NCBI GenBank assembly: GCA_021787735.1
Contig: JAJYLL010000003.1
Coordinates: 22,699 to 86,698 of the forward strand
Reading direction: 5' to 3'
DNA: 64,000 nt
Source of the DNA: Acidobacteriota bacterium
Lineage (GTDB): Bacteria; Acidobacteriota; Terriglobia; UBA7540
Under the pieces are notes generated by a model. That model was not told the DNA's origin. It ran no database searches and worked only from the letters and a program-made list of their open reading frames with translations. This document shows, one piece after another, positions 47,473 through 56,055 of this stretch. Numbering within the stretch: position 1 is the stretch's first letter; each line of letters begins with the position of its first letter. The translations under genes were made by a program, and so were the position numbers.

Positions 47473-47985
47473 CTAACCCTTTTGTTCGGAGCCACGGTCG
47501 CTTTCAAAAATGACCATGGCTTCCATTTCAATCAGCAGGTCCGGCCGGCACAAGATGGCTTGAATTCCTGTGGACGCCGGAAGAGGATCCAATCCCTGCT
47601 GGTTGAAAAACTCCGTGCGAACTTCGTTGAAGGCGGCGTAATCCCGTTCGATGTCGCGAAGATAGCAAGTCGTTCGCACCACATCTTTCCAGGTTGCGCC
47701 CTCAGCCTCCAGCAAAGCAGTAATATTCTGGTAAGTCCTCCAGGTCTGCGCCCTGAAATCCCCCTCGTGAATGCTACGGCCGTATTCATCTACGCTGGCC
47801 GTCCCGGAAATCAACAGGATGGTCATACCCTTGATGTCCAGCCGCATGCCGCGCGAGAAGGACGATGGGCGGCCGTAACAGTAGGCTTCGTTAAGTACCT
47901 GGGGGGCACTGATGGCTTTCTTGGAGACTGGTTTGTGTTTTTGTTTTGCCGTGACGGCGTCAGTGCCTGTTTGAAGCTGACTCAT
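47473..47985 (-). CDS. RidA/YjgF/UK114 family protein
   Basis: ILLISGTASVD..G.......F..Q....Y.NI.ALLEAEGATWKDVV.TT.YL.D...Y..FNEVR..FF......PA.T. ATG 47985 preceded by AGGAGG. Overlaps the upstream gene by 26 nt. Confidence 0.85.
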   Translation of the reverse strand: MSQLQTGTDAVTAKQKHKPVSKKAISAPQVLNEAYCYGRPSSFSRGMRLDIKGMTILLISGTASVDEYGRSIHEGDFRAQTWRTYQNITALLEAEGATWKDVVRTTCYLRDIERDYAAFNEVRTEFFNQQGLDPLPASTGIQAILCRPDLLIEMEAMVIFESDRGSEQKG

Positions 47986-49120
47986 TGTTTTTTTCCTCCT
48001 TGTCGGACTGGCGAATGCCATGGCTCAAACCGCCAGCCGTAGCAACCCAGATGTCCTTTCCTTGAAATGCCATGTTGAGTATGTAGTTATGCACAATCGA
48101 GGTGGGTGATTCAATCGTGCGCTTGGAGCCATCCGGACGCGTGATGATGATCTCGCCACGCCCGAGTTTCACCGGCCTCGCGGTATCTAGAGCGCGCCAA
48201 TTTGCGGGACGATAGGTTACCCAGGTATTCGTTTTGAAATCGAGCTCACTCAGGCCTTTTTGCGTGCACGCCCAAACTTCGTTGCCACGCGTTTGGACTG
48301 CATTGATAAAATTGGAAGCCAGCCCGCTGTCTTTAGTAAGGTAGTTGTGCCAGTTGCGGCCGTCGTATCCGCTGAGGCCGAAATAGGTGCCCGCCCAGAA
48401 CATTTTGGTGGCCGGGTTATAGGCTATGCTGCTGACGATTATGTGGATCAATCCCTCGTTGCGGTAAAGCACGATCTCCATGGAACCGTCAGGGTCCGTG
48501 TACGGTCGCCAATAATGATGTTCAATGTCATAAACCACGACGCCGCCGCCCCACAGTGCCAAATACACCTTCTTCGGGCCGACGGCGACACCATACCCCC
48601 AAGGCTCTAAAAAAGGGGAATTCTGGTTGTTGAAAATCGTCCAGTTGCCCGTGTCGGTGTTCAGGCGGCTGAAACCCCCAGCCGTGGCGGCCCAAACGTA
48701 TTTCCCCTGGATTGCTACGGCATAAACCAAGTCGTTCGCAAGACCACTCGTCAGGTTAGTGTAGTTCTTGAACTGGCCGCCGGAGTAACGGCTGAGTCCG
48801 CCGAAGGTTCCCACCCAGACATCTCCGGTCTGGTGATCCACGGCAATGGCCATCACCGCCTGGCCCGGAAGGCCGTCGGCGGTGGTAAAAACCCTCCTTA
48901 CCCGGCCGTCCTCGATCAACACGAGACCGTGCGTGGTTCCCGCCCAGATGCGGTTGCCGTCAACGGCAACGGAAAAGACTTCGCCCTCCGGGAAGCCGTT
49001 GGCAGTTGTGTAATTCACCCATTTCGTGTAAAGCGGAGGGGTTTGGGCCTCAGCGACACCTATCGCCACCACGAGCAAGCCGGCGGTCAATAAGAAGGAT
49101 GCGCACAAAAGTCTTTTCAT
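47960..49120 (-). CDS. exported two-component-regulator-propeller (Reg_prop) repeat protein, stand-alone
   Basis: Sec signal MKRLLCASFLLTAGLLVVAIGVAEA. Repeated motifs of the form ...V.A.A.D...IWVGT..GLS.... Confidence 0.75.
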   Translation of the reverse strand: MKRLLCASFLLTAGLLVVAIGVAEAQTPPLYTKWVNYTTANGFPEGEVFSVAVDGNRIWAGTTHGLVLIEDGRVRRVFTTADGLPGQAVMAIAVDHQTGDVWVGTFGGLSRYSGGQFKNYTNLTSGLANDLVYAVAIQGKYVWAATAGGFSRLNTDTGNWTIFNNQNSPFLEPWGYGVAVGPKKVYLALWGGGVVVYDIEHHYWRPYTDPDGSMEIVLYRNEGLIHIIVSSIAYNPATKMFWAGTYFGLSGYDGRNWHNYLTKDSGLASNFINAVQTRGNEVWACTQKGLSELDFKTNTWVTYRPANWRALDTARPVKLGRGEIIITRPDGSKRTIESPTSIVHNYILNMAFQGKDIWVATAGGLSHGIRQSDKEEKNNESASNRH

Positions 49121-49127
49121 GTTTCCC

Positions 49128-51095
49128 TCATAAGGTTTTCAAAAACTCAATCAAGTCGTTCAACTGGATCTTACTCATGTCAGAGGTGATACCGTGTTTA
49201 TCGTTAGGATTGAATTTGGTCCAGATCCCTTCCAGCGTCAGCGCTTTGCCGTCATGGAGATACGGCGGCCTCATCCAGACGCCTTGGAGTTGAGGCACAT
49301 CGAAATCCTTTATGGTGTCGTACTTTGTTGAGTTCCCAACATCCATCCGCACCCTCGAAGTGTAGTGCGTTAGCGGAGCGTGGCAGTAGTAGCAACGATC
49401 GTACTCCGGTATGATGGTCCCATTGTTGGTTGTTGTCCGGAAGAAAATCTCCCGGCCGCGTTCCTGCGCCGCCGTCAGATGACCATCCGCCGCAAGGTGC
49501 GGGTTGGGCGGCAGTTTGAGCGAGTCAATGTAAGACACCAGATCTTTCACCTGCTCATGACTGAAACCTTGCGACCTGAAAACATACATGGCCGTCCGCG
49601 GACCGTCTTGCGTTTCGAGGTTCGGATTCATTCCATTCCACTTGAAAGGCGAGGTCCCGGAAATATCGAGCAGCGTCCGATTCTCCACAACGTCGCGGCC
49701 CAACTCCGGAGTTTCCATACTCCACGCCAGGCCATCCTCAAACCCTTCGTGGGGATGACAACTGGCACATGCCAATTGTCCCTGGTAGCAAAACCTTGCG
49801 TCGAAAAACAACTGTTGGCCGCGCCGCAGCGCTGTAATCTCTTTTGGACCGCCTAAGTCAATAGTTGATGAAACCTTCAAGTGCTGCAGGTCAACCACGC
49901 TGACGGTATCGTCGGTGCGGTTTGCAACATAGGCAAAACGGCTGTCCGGTGAAACCACAACGCAGGTCGGGTTGCGTCCAACGTCCAGCCTCTTCTCAAC
50001 AAACTGTTGGGCGGAATCCATACGGTGCGCAAGATCCTCCGCGCCATCTGACAGCGCCCCCTTCAACAGTTGGTTGAGTTTCGCAATGTTGATAATGGAA
50101 ACAACGTTTGCTCCGGACGACGTCACCAGGGCCAGCCGTCCATCCGGCGTTGAAGCAGAACCAAACCCATCCGCATAGTAATGGTCAATGTCATCCAGCA
50201 ATACTTCTCTTACCTGCGGCGACTGAACGCCCGAATGTTCCGGTCTGATGATTGCCAATCCATTGGTCACGTACCATCCCTGCTGGATCTGGACCAGCGG
50301 AACCAGGTTGTGGGGCTGCTGGAACGGAATCAGCAGGTATCCGCCCTCCTGTGCCGGCAGTTGCGCGATATACCGAAGCTGAATGGCACCGGGAATCAAG
50401 ATGCGGTCGGTTACAATTTGCTTCGCGGTGTTCACCACGGTCAACTGCGCGACAGGAGGCTCATCAGGTGGCGCCAGATGCGCAAGAAGATTTGAAACAT
50501 ATACCCATTTCCCATCGCGGGAAAGGGCAACATATTCGGGAAAATGTCCAGCATCAAGCCGCTTGATTTCTTTCCCTGTCGAAAGATCAATCACGGAGAT
50601 GTTGTCGCCCAGCGTATTCGCCGTGTATAAAAACTTTCCCGCCCGGTCCGTGGTGATACCCACCGGGTCCCAGCCGGTTTTGAGGTTCCGAAGGACCCGA
50701 AGTGAATCAGCATCGATTTCGCTGACCGTATTATCCCACTCATTTGTAACGTAAAGAGTCTTTCCGTCCGGGGAAAGCGCAATCCCCTCAGGTCTGGTGC
50801 CTACCTGAACGCTCCCAATCACGCTTCGAGAGCGCGTATCAACAACCAGCACCGCGTCGCTGGCTTCACAAACCACGTATAGCCGCTTGCCATCGGGCGA
50901 AAGCTTCAAGGCAATGGGATCCAGATAACGGGGGGTGGCACCATCAAGGCCCACGGGACTCTGGGGCGAAGCATCCGTAAGCGAGCGTTGCAATCCCAAC
51001 CCACAAATAATCGCCAGAATAACGATCGCCGCTCTCAAAAGGGATGTCCACATCCAGTTTGTCCAACTTCTTGTTTGCTCTGAGTGCATGCTCAT
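49128..51095 (-). CDS. YVTN-type beta-propeller fused to a di-heme cytochrome c peroxidase/MauG-like domain
   Basis: N-terminal TM anchor. Blades of the form LSPDGK.LYV.NE.DNTVS.ID. C-terminal GQQLFFDARF...LACASCHP (CASCH 49755-49769) and RCYYCHAP (49380-49394), then FDVPQL.GVW.RPPYLHDG. ATGA overlap with the upstream gene. Confidence 0.85.
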   Translation of the reverse strand: MSMHSEQTRSWTNWMWTSLLRAAIVILAIICGLGLQRSLTDASPQSPVGLDGATPRYLDPIALKLSPDGKRLYVVCEASDAVLVVDTRSRSVIGSVQVGTRPEGIALSPDGKTLYVTNEWDNTVSEIDADSLRVLRNLKTGWDPVGITTDRAGKFLYTANTLGDNISVIDLSTGKEIKRLDAGHFPEYVALSRDGKWVYVSNLLAHLAPPDEPPVAQLTVVNTAKQIVTDRILIPGAIQLRYIAQLPAQEGGYLLIPFQQPHNLVPLVQIQQGWYVTNGLAIIRPEHSGVQSPQVREVLLDDIDHYYADGFGSASTPDGRLALVTSSGANVVSIINIAKLNQLLKGALSDGAEDLAHRMDSAQQFVEKRLDVGRNPTCVVVSPDSRFAYVANRTDDTVSVVDLQHLKVSSTIDLGGPKEITALRRGQQLFFDARFCYQGQLACASCHPHEGFEDGLAWSMETPELGRDVVENRTLLDISGTSPFKWNGMNPNLETQDGPRTAMYVFRSQGFSHEQVKDLVSYIDSLKLPPNPHLAADGHLTAAQERGREIFFRTTTNNGTIIPEYDRCYYCHAPLTHYTSRVRMDVGNSTKYDTIKDFDVPQLQGVWMRPPYLHDGKALTLEGIWTKFNPNDKHGITSDMSKIQLNDLIEFLKTL

Positions 51096-52801
51096 TTCCC
51101 GTTGCTCTTCAAGGCGACCGGAGACGGACTTTCCGGCTCTTTGACCGTCAGGATCTGATCAGCCTTGATGTGTTCGAGCGTCTGGACAGTTCCGCTAGGC
51201 CATCGAATGATCAACTTCTCCACCTCGGTGTTTTGTCCCAGTCCAAAGTGAGGTCTGGGATCACTTTGCGAAAGGTAGCCGGTTTCAGAGACGGCCTGGA
51301 CGTATTGGTGCAAATCGCCGGCCACGGCTTCAAGACTGGCGCCGAAACCGTCTCGATTGCTCCGCGTCCCCACCAGTTTCACGGTCAGCCAATGGTTGCG
51401 TTTTCCAGCAGGTGGTGTGTTGTGAAGCAGAATCCCCTTGCCGCCCAGAGTCGTAATGAACGCATCAATATATCCGTCATTGTCATAATCGCTAAAACAT
51501 GCGCCGCGACTGACGTGCCGTTGTTCAAAAAAGCTTCCAGCTTGAGTTGATACGTCTGTAAAGGTCCTGTTGCCGTTGTTGCGCAACAGGCTGCTTTCCA
51601 TCGGGATGAGCCAAGTGAGTCCGCCGTTGACAATAAAAATATCTTTCCAGCCGTCGTTATCGAAGTCGAAGAATCCATCTCCCCATGCAACGTATTGGCC
51701 TGACACGCTGCCGATACCAGCGTCGTCCGTCATGTCCAGGAAAAAGCCTCCCGCCTTACCGGGATTGTGGAACAAACGATGGAAATCCGCGTCGGAAACA
51801 AACAGGTCCTGCCAGCCATCATTGTCGTAGTCGCCGAAAACCGGTCCCATGGAGGTCGTTGCCTCGCCGTTCTGTCCATAGGCAACGTTGACTTCTACGG
51901 CGACATTCGTAAAAGTGCCGTTGCGGTTGTTGTGATAGAGGAAACTTGGCATAGTGTCATTGGCAACATAGATGTCAGGCCAGCCATCGTTGTCGTAGTC
52001 GCCTACGGTAATTCCCATCGCCCTGCCGGCCTGGAGACCAATCCCCGATTCCTTTGAAACGTCTGTGAAGGTTCCGTTGCCGTTGTTATGAAACAGGCGG
52101 TTGAATTCGGGTTCGTAGTTCAACGGGCCGGGATAGTGCTTGGCGCCGTAAAACTGCCGGTAGCTGGGAACAAATTTCAGATAATTGCCGACAAAGAGAT
52201 CCAGCTTCCCATCGCGGTCGTAATCCAGAAAGGCCGTCCCAACACCGAAAAAGGGATTTTCCACTCCGGCGTCCGCCGTAACATCGGTGAACGTCCCATC
52301 TCCATTGTTATGATATAGAATGGCAACGTTATATCCGGTGACGTAAATATCCTGATAACCATCGTTATCAAAGTCGCCGACTGTAACGCCGGTTCCCATC
52401 CCTTTTCCCGGCACGCCGGCCTGTGCCGTAACGTCCGTGAAAGTGCCGTCGCCGTTGTTGCGATAAAGATGGTTCGTCGCGTCCATACCATCCGGAGCGG
52501 AGTGGTCAGTAAGACCCTCGACATAGCGGCCGTTGACAACATAAAGGTCGAGGAGGCCATCGTTGTTGTAATCGAACCAGGCGCAGCCTGAGCCAGTTCC
52601 TTCAAGGATGGAACTCAACTCCTTCTCCCCAAACGAGTGCGTGAAGTTGATGCCGGATTTCGCAGTGATATCTTCATATTGAGGAAGCGCGAGTGCAGTC
52701 CTATGCTGCGGAGCAACGCTCGCTCCCAGAAGCCTGCGAGCCGCCCATAGAGGTCCGCCAGCGGCAGCCAGCGTCAACAATTTTCGTCGAGAAATCCTCA
52801 T
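51092..52801 (-). CDS. CRTAC1 family protein (FG-GAP/VCBS repeats + ASPIC/UnbV C-terminal domain), Tat-like leader
   Basis: SRRKLLTLAAAG leader. Repeated DYDNDG..D..V.N motifs. C-terminal RSNRDGFGA......G......V.....YLSQSDPRPHFGLG.....E.L.IRWPSG. Confidence 0.88.
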   Translation of the reverse strand: MRISRRKLLTLAAAGGPLWAARRLLGASVAPQHRTALALPQYEDITAKSGINFTHSFGEKELSSILEGTGSGCAWFDYNNDGLLDLYVVNGRYVEGLTDHSAPDGMDATNHLYRNNGDGTFTDVTAQAGVPGKGMGTGVTVGDFDNDGYQDIYVTGYNVAILYHNNGDGTFTDVTADAGVENPFFGVGTAFLDYDRDGKLDLFVGNYLKFVPSYRQFYGAKHYPGPLNYEPEFNRLFHNNGNGTFTDVSKESGIGLQAGRAMGITVGDYDNDGWPDIYVANDTMPSFLYHNNRNGTFTNVAVEVNVAYGQNGEATTSMGPVFGDYDNDGWQDLFVSDADFHRLFHNPGKAGGFFLDMTDDAGIGSVSGQYVAWGDGFFDFDNDGWKDIFIVNGGLTWLIPMESSLLRNNGNRTFTDVSTQAGSFFEQRHVSRGACFSDYDNDGYIDAFITTLGGKGILLHNTPPAGKRNHWLTVKLVGTRSNRDGFGASLEAVAGDLHQYVQAVSETGYLSQSDPRPHFGLGQNTEVEKLIIRWPSGTVQTLEHIKADQILTVKEPESPSPVALKSNGK

Positions 52802-52808
52802 GTGTTCC

Positions 52809-54263
52809 TCATTGTTTTGCTGATTGCTGATTCGAAGGCACGCCGACGGGAGTCGGCGTGTCAGAACGTTTCAGTGCCAGCGGCCAGTGGTCTGTCGGCG
52901 CCAAGGCCTTGCTTTCATGGCAGCCCAGGCAGGGAACATCTTCACCAGTTCGCGCCCAGATCCAGCTTTTCTGCGCATGGATCACAGATCCTTTGGTGCT
53001 CAGCAATTCGAACCGGATAGGGTAGTCGGCAGGTACCTTGATGTAAAAAGAGCCGTCGCTTTCCACCGGAGCGTCACCAAGAATTCGTTCAGTGTGGTGG
53101 TCCGGCTGGAGTGCAATCACTCGCACCTGCGCAATGTGGCCCGCCAGACGTCCGCGGGGCGCATCGGCCGACAAATAAGAGTTCAGGCAAACAATCCGTC
53201 CGTAGTCACGATCGGGGTGGAGAATGGTCCAGTAATAGAGCGGAGCAGGACGTGGCTCCAACGGCACAGCGTCAATGCTCGAGAATTTGGGATTGCGGTA
53301 GACCGTTTTCTCGACGGTTTTGGTCGCAAAATTGAACACGTAAAGGCCAAATGTCCCCGCCGGGCCGGCATCTGACTTGGACACGATCAACCGGTCTCCA
53401 TCCAGCGGCTGCGCTGAGGCATAGACGGAGCCGCCAGCCGTGAGCACGGAATTGTGCAGGGCTCCGGGCCGGATCCATGCAAGCTGCCCACCCATCGCCC
53501 GGGCCTCAGGGGCCGCCCTCTTTACAAACAAAACGGTTCCGTCGCTCAATTCCACCGCTGCACTACGCACAGCGTTCGGCCTGCTGTTCCACCTGAACGG
53601 GGTGAGGCCCGAACCGTCCGGCTGCAGCGTATAAAACATGCGAGATCCACTACCCTGGCTACCAGGTACGAGCGTTGTCTTGGCCGAGACAAGAATGCGT
53701 CCGCTGCCCAGAACCGTTTCCACCTCGTAATCGCCCGGGCCAAATGTGATGGCATGAGCACCGGAGCCGTCCTCTTGTGAGACATAGACAGCTGAATTCT
53801 GTTGGCTTCCTTTTCCCGCAACCATCGTAAATACAATCTGGCTTTGCGGCAGGTAAGCAGGCTGACCGCAATCCGCCGGGCAGTGCGTAAGCTGCCGCTG
53901 GCCGGAACCGTCAGCGTTCATTTCCCAGATTTGCCATCTCGAGCCGCGAGTCTTTTGTCCAGCAAACAGGACGTGGGAGGCATCAAATGAGACTCGTGGG
54001 TCGGCCGCGGCAAAAAATCCGGGAGTCAGATCAGAAGCAGAAGAGGAGGGACTTCCCAGCGCAAGACGCGCCAGGCGGCTTCCCTGAGGGAAACGCTCCG
54101 CCAGTCCGGTTGATGAGACCGTAGGGGCCTCAACAAAGATGATCGGAGGAAGAGGACCTTTGGCTGCCGGCTGAGATTCGGTCAAGGTGGTTTTCGGCGT
54201 GCCAACAACCAGCCCCAGGCAGATAAGTACGACAATAAGGTTAAGAGTTCGGAAAAATCTCAT
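52809..54263 (-). CDS. HzsA-related protein (PD40-like propeller + hydrazine-synthase-alpha-middle-domain-like region with one CxxCH)
   Basis: Signal-anchor MRFFRTLNLIVVLICLGLVVG. Propeller-like body. C-terminal DGSFYIKVPADYPIRFELLSTKGSVIHAQKSWIWARTGEDVPCLGCHES (CLGCH 52917-52931) resembles, from memory, the PAD.P..FQLLD......M.SW...RPGE...C.GCHE pattern of HzsA-related proteins. The track start 54326 is possible. Confidence 0.7.
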   Translation of the reverse strand: MRFFRTLNLIVVLICLGLVVGTPKTTLTESQPAAKGPLPPIIFVEAPTVSSTGLAERFPQGSRLARLALGSPSSSASDLTPGFFAAADPRVSFDASHVLFAGQKTRGSRWQIWEMNADGSGQRQLTHCPADCGQPAYLPQSQIVFTMVAGKGSQQNSAVYVSQEDGSGAHAITFGPGDYEVETVLGSGRILVSAKTTLVPGSQGSGSRMFYTLQPDGSGLTPFRWNSRPNAVRSAAVELSDGTVLFVKRAAPEARAMGGQLAWIRPGALHNSVLTAGGSVYASAQPLDGDRLIVSKSDAGPAGTFGLYVFNFATKTVEKTVYRNPKFSSIDAVPLEPRPAPLYYWTILHPDRDYGRIVCLNSYLSADAPRGRLAGHIAQVRVIALQPDHHTERILGDAPVESDGSFYIKVPADYPIRFELLSTKGSVIHAQKSWIWARTGEDVPCLGCHESKALAPTDHWPLALKRSDTPTPVGVPSNQQSAKQ

Positions 54264-54460
54264 CAAGCCAATATCCGTTCTGAAAACACCACAGCGGCAG
54301 CTGGCGCCGGACGTGTACTTCCACACCCAGCACCCTTATTAAGTTGAACGACAGGTAAAGTACCGCGATGATCTTTCCTTACTCAGACCCAATGACGCCG
54401 ACGAACGGTTATCATTAGGCAAGAGGGTTGGTTCGTCGATGACATCCGGCAGATTTCCAC

Positions 54461-54474
54461 ATGACAAATGTCAA
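54461..54474 (-). promoter_or_regulatory. Crp/Fnr-type box candidate TTGAC-ATTT-GTCAT
   Basis: Contains the TGA-N6-TCA core of the FNR/CRP consensus (TTGAT-N4-ATCAA). Lies between the Crp/Fnr gene stop (54549) and the HzsA-related gene start. No convincing -10 found at class II spacing. Confidence 0.3.
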
Positions 54475-54548
54475 ACGCCAGCCTCCTAATTGTTTTATGT
54501 ATAAGGAATAGTGGCTTTATCCGAGGCAGGTTGCTATCGTTGAAGGCA

Positions 54549-55325
54549 TCAGCGACGTGCTGTCGCCTCCAGAGCGCGCAGATCCTGGATGACAAGGTGG
54601 CGGCCACGCTTTTCGATCAGCCCTTCCTGCCGCAGCGAATGCCAGGTTCGGCTTACAGTTTCCGGAGACAATTCCAGGATTTCTGCAATTTCCTGGCTCG
54701 TAAGAGGCAGGACTAGAGAACAGGAACTCGCGGGGCCCGTTTCGCCAGCTGAAACAAGCGACAGGACAAAGGTGGCCACGCGCATACGGGCGTCCTTAAA
54801 GCTCATATTGGTCACCTGGGCCCTGACCTCGGCGACCTCGCTCACGAGCAAGCGAATCATATCTAGGGAAATGTCGGGGTTTGAGCGCAGAAAAGCAAAG
54901 AGCTGATCGCGCGGTACCGAGCAGATTTCCGAGTCTTCCAGGACGACAGCGGTCAGGGGATACCTTTCTTCGTTTAAAGCCTCCAAGCCGAAGAGATCAC
55001 CAGGAAACAAGATACGCGTGATGCGTTCCTTGCCGTTCTCGAGCGACTTGACCAGCTTGACCAGGCCCGCATTTAAGCCAAAAATATGCCGCGCGGCCCC
55101 GCCTTCAAAAAACAGAATCTGGTTTCTGTGGAATTGCGAGGGGCAAAATATACAGGAAAAATTCTTTACCTGTTCGTCCGAAAGGCTGCGGAAAAGCATA
55201 CTGGAGAGGATATGGCAATTAGGACAACTTGTTTTCAAGATTTCCTCCCGGCTTCGCTTTGGAATCGCTCTGCCATCGACCGGGAAAGCCTTCGGTTGCC
55301 GCTCAGCCTCCCAAGTCGTAAGCAT
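54549..55325 (-). CDS. Crp/Fnr family transcriptional regulator with two N-terminal CxxC pairs
   Basis: Beta-roll (ILFFEGGAARHIFGLNAGLVKL) and HTH (LTSQEIAEILELSPETVSRTWHSL). Cys pairs CPNC and CIFC plus one more Cys. Start uncertain: ATG 55325 versus 55199, and the latter would remove the first pair. Confidence 0.85.
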   Translation of the reverse strand: MLTTWEAERQPKAFPVDGRAIPKRSREEILKTSCPNCHILSSMLFRSLSDEQVKNFSCIFCPSQFHRNQILFFEGGAARHIFGLNAGLVKLVKSLENGKERITRILFPGDLFGLEALNEERYPLTAVVLEDSEICSVPRDQLFAFLRSNPDISLDMIRLLVSEVAEVRAQVTNMSFKDARMRVATFVLSLVSAGETGPASSCSLVLPLTSQEIAEILELSPETVSRTWHSLRQEGLIEKRGRHLVIQDLRALEATARR

Positions 55326-55468
55326 CCCCCTGCCGCAGCAGGCCGGTTCACTAATCTCACAGTATTCTATCAGAAATCAGCCGGCGAACCCGGCTTCCGA
55401 ATTTTCTATTCAGGATGCTCGGAAACGATGCAACTCAAAATCTTACAGAGGTTTGGGTCTCCAACGGC

Positions 55469-55498
55469 TTGACTTGGCCGGAAGCGGCAGGTTATCGT
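55469..55498 (+). promoter_or_regulatory. candidate rpmH promoter TTGACT-N17/18-TTATCG/TATCGT
   Basis: TTGACT at 55469-55474 and a -10-like element at 55492-55498, about 45 nt upstream of the rpmH start. Confidence 0.4.
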
Positions 55499-55543
55499 AA
55501 GTGTTTGGACTTTGGAATTCGAACTTAACAGGGAGTCGGAGCT

Positions 55544-55678
55544 TTGAAGAGGACTTACCAACCCAATCGGCGTCGGCGTGCCAAGACACATGGATTCCGC
55601 GTTCGTATGCGAACCCCTGGAGGGCGCCAGACGTTAAAGCGGCGCCGCCAGAAGGGTCGTCATCGCCTGACTCCGTGA
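55544..55678 (+). CDS. rpmH: 50S ribosomal protein L34
   Basis: Hand translation: (TTG)[44 protein letters not shown], preceded by GGGAG/GGAG. Too short for the ORF track. Confidence 0.93.
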   Translation: MKRTYQPNRRRRAKTHGFRVRMRTPGGRQTLKRRRQKGRHRLTP

Positions 55679-56055
55679 ATCCCGATTCGGCTGCTTTCCC
55701 CAAGCGATATCGGCTGCTCCGTCGATTGGATTTTCAAGAGGTTTACAAGCAGGGGCAGCGCCGAAGTGCCTCGTTATGCACCGTGTTTTATCGACCGAAC
55801 GGTCTCGCCGAGACGCGCCTGGGCATTACGGTGCCGAAACGCCTCGGCACAGCTGTGCTGCGGAATCGCATCAAGCGGCGGATCAGGGAGGTTTTTCGCC
55901 TTCACCGGCGGGAACTGCCGGGCGGCTGGGACATTGTGCTGAACCCTCGTCCGGGAGTTGCCACAGTCGCCTATCGCGTTCTGGAACGGGAACTTCTGCG
56001 CCTTTTTCCCGGCGAGTCGCCGGCCGCGCCGTCCGGGGGGTGGCGTACGCGCTGA
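55675..56055 (+). CDS. rnpA: ribonuclease P protein component
   Basis: GTG 55675 overlaps the rpmH stop (GTGA). [20 protein letters not shown]...[17 protein letters not shown] is the RnpA pattern. Confidence 0.88.
   Translation: MNPDSAAFPKRYRLLRRLDFQEVYKQGQRRSASLCTVFYRPNGLAETRLGITVPKRLGTAVLRNRIKRRIREVFRLHRRELPGGWDIVLNPRPGVATVAYRVLERELLRLFPGESPAAPSGGWRTR

Noticed and set aside
55326-55543. oriC / DnaA-box cluster next to rpmH
   Set aside because: No TTATCCACA or close variants in this spacer. Isolated 7-of-9 matches elsewhere (for example near 26424 and 54517) are not clustered.
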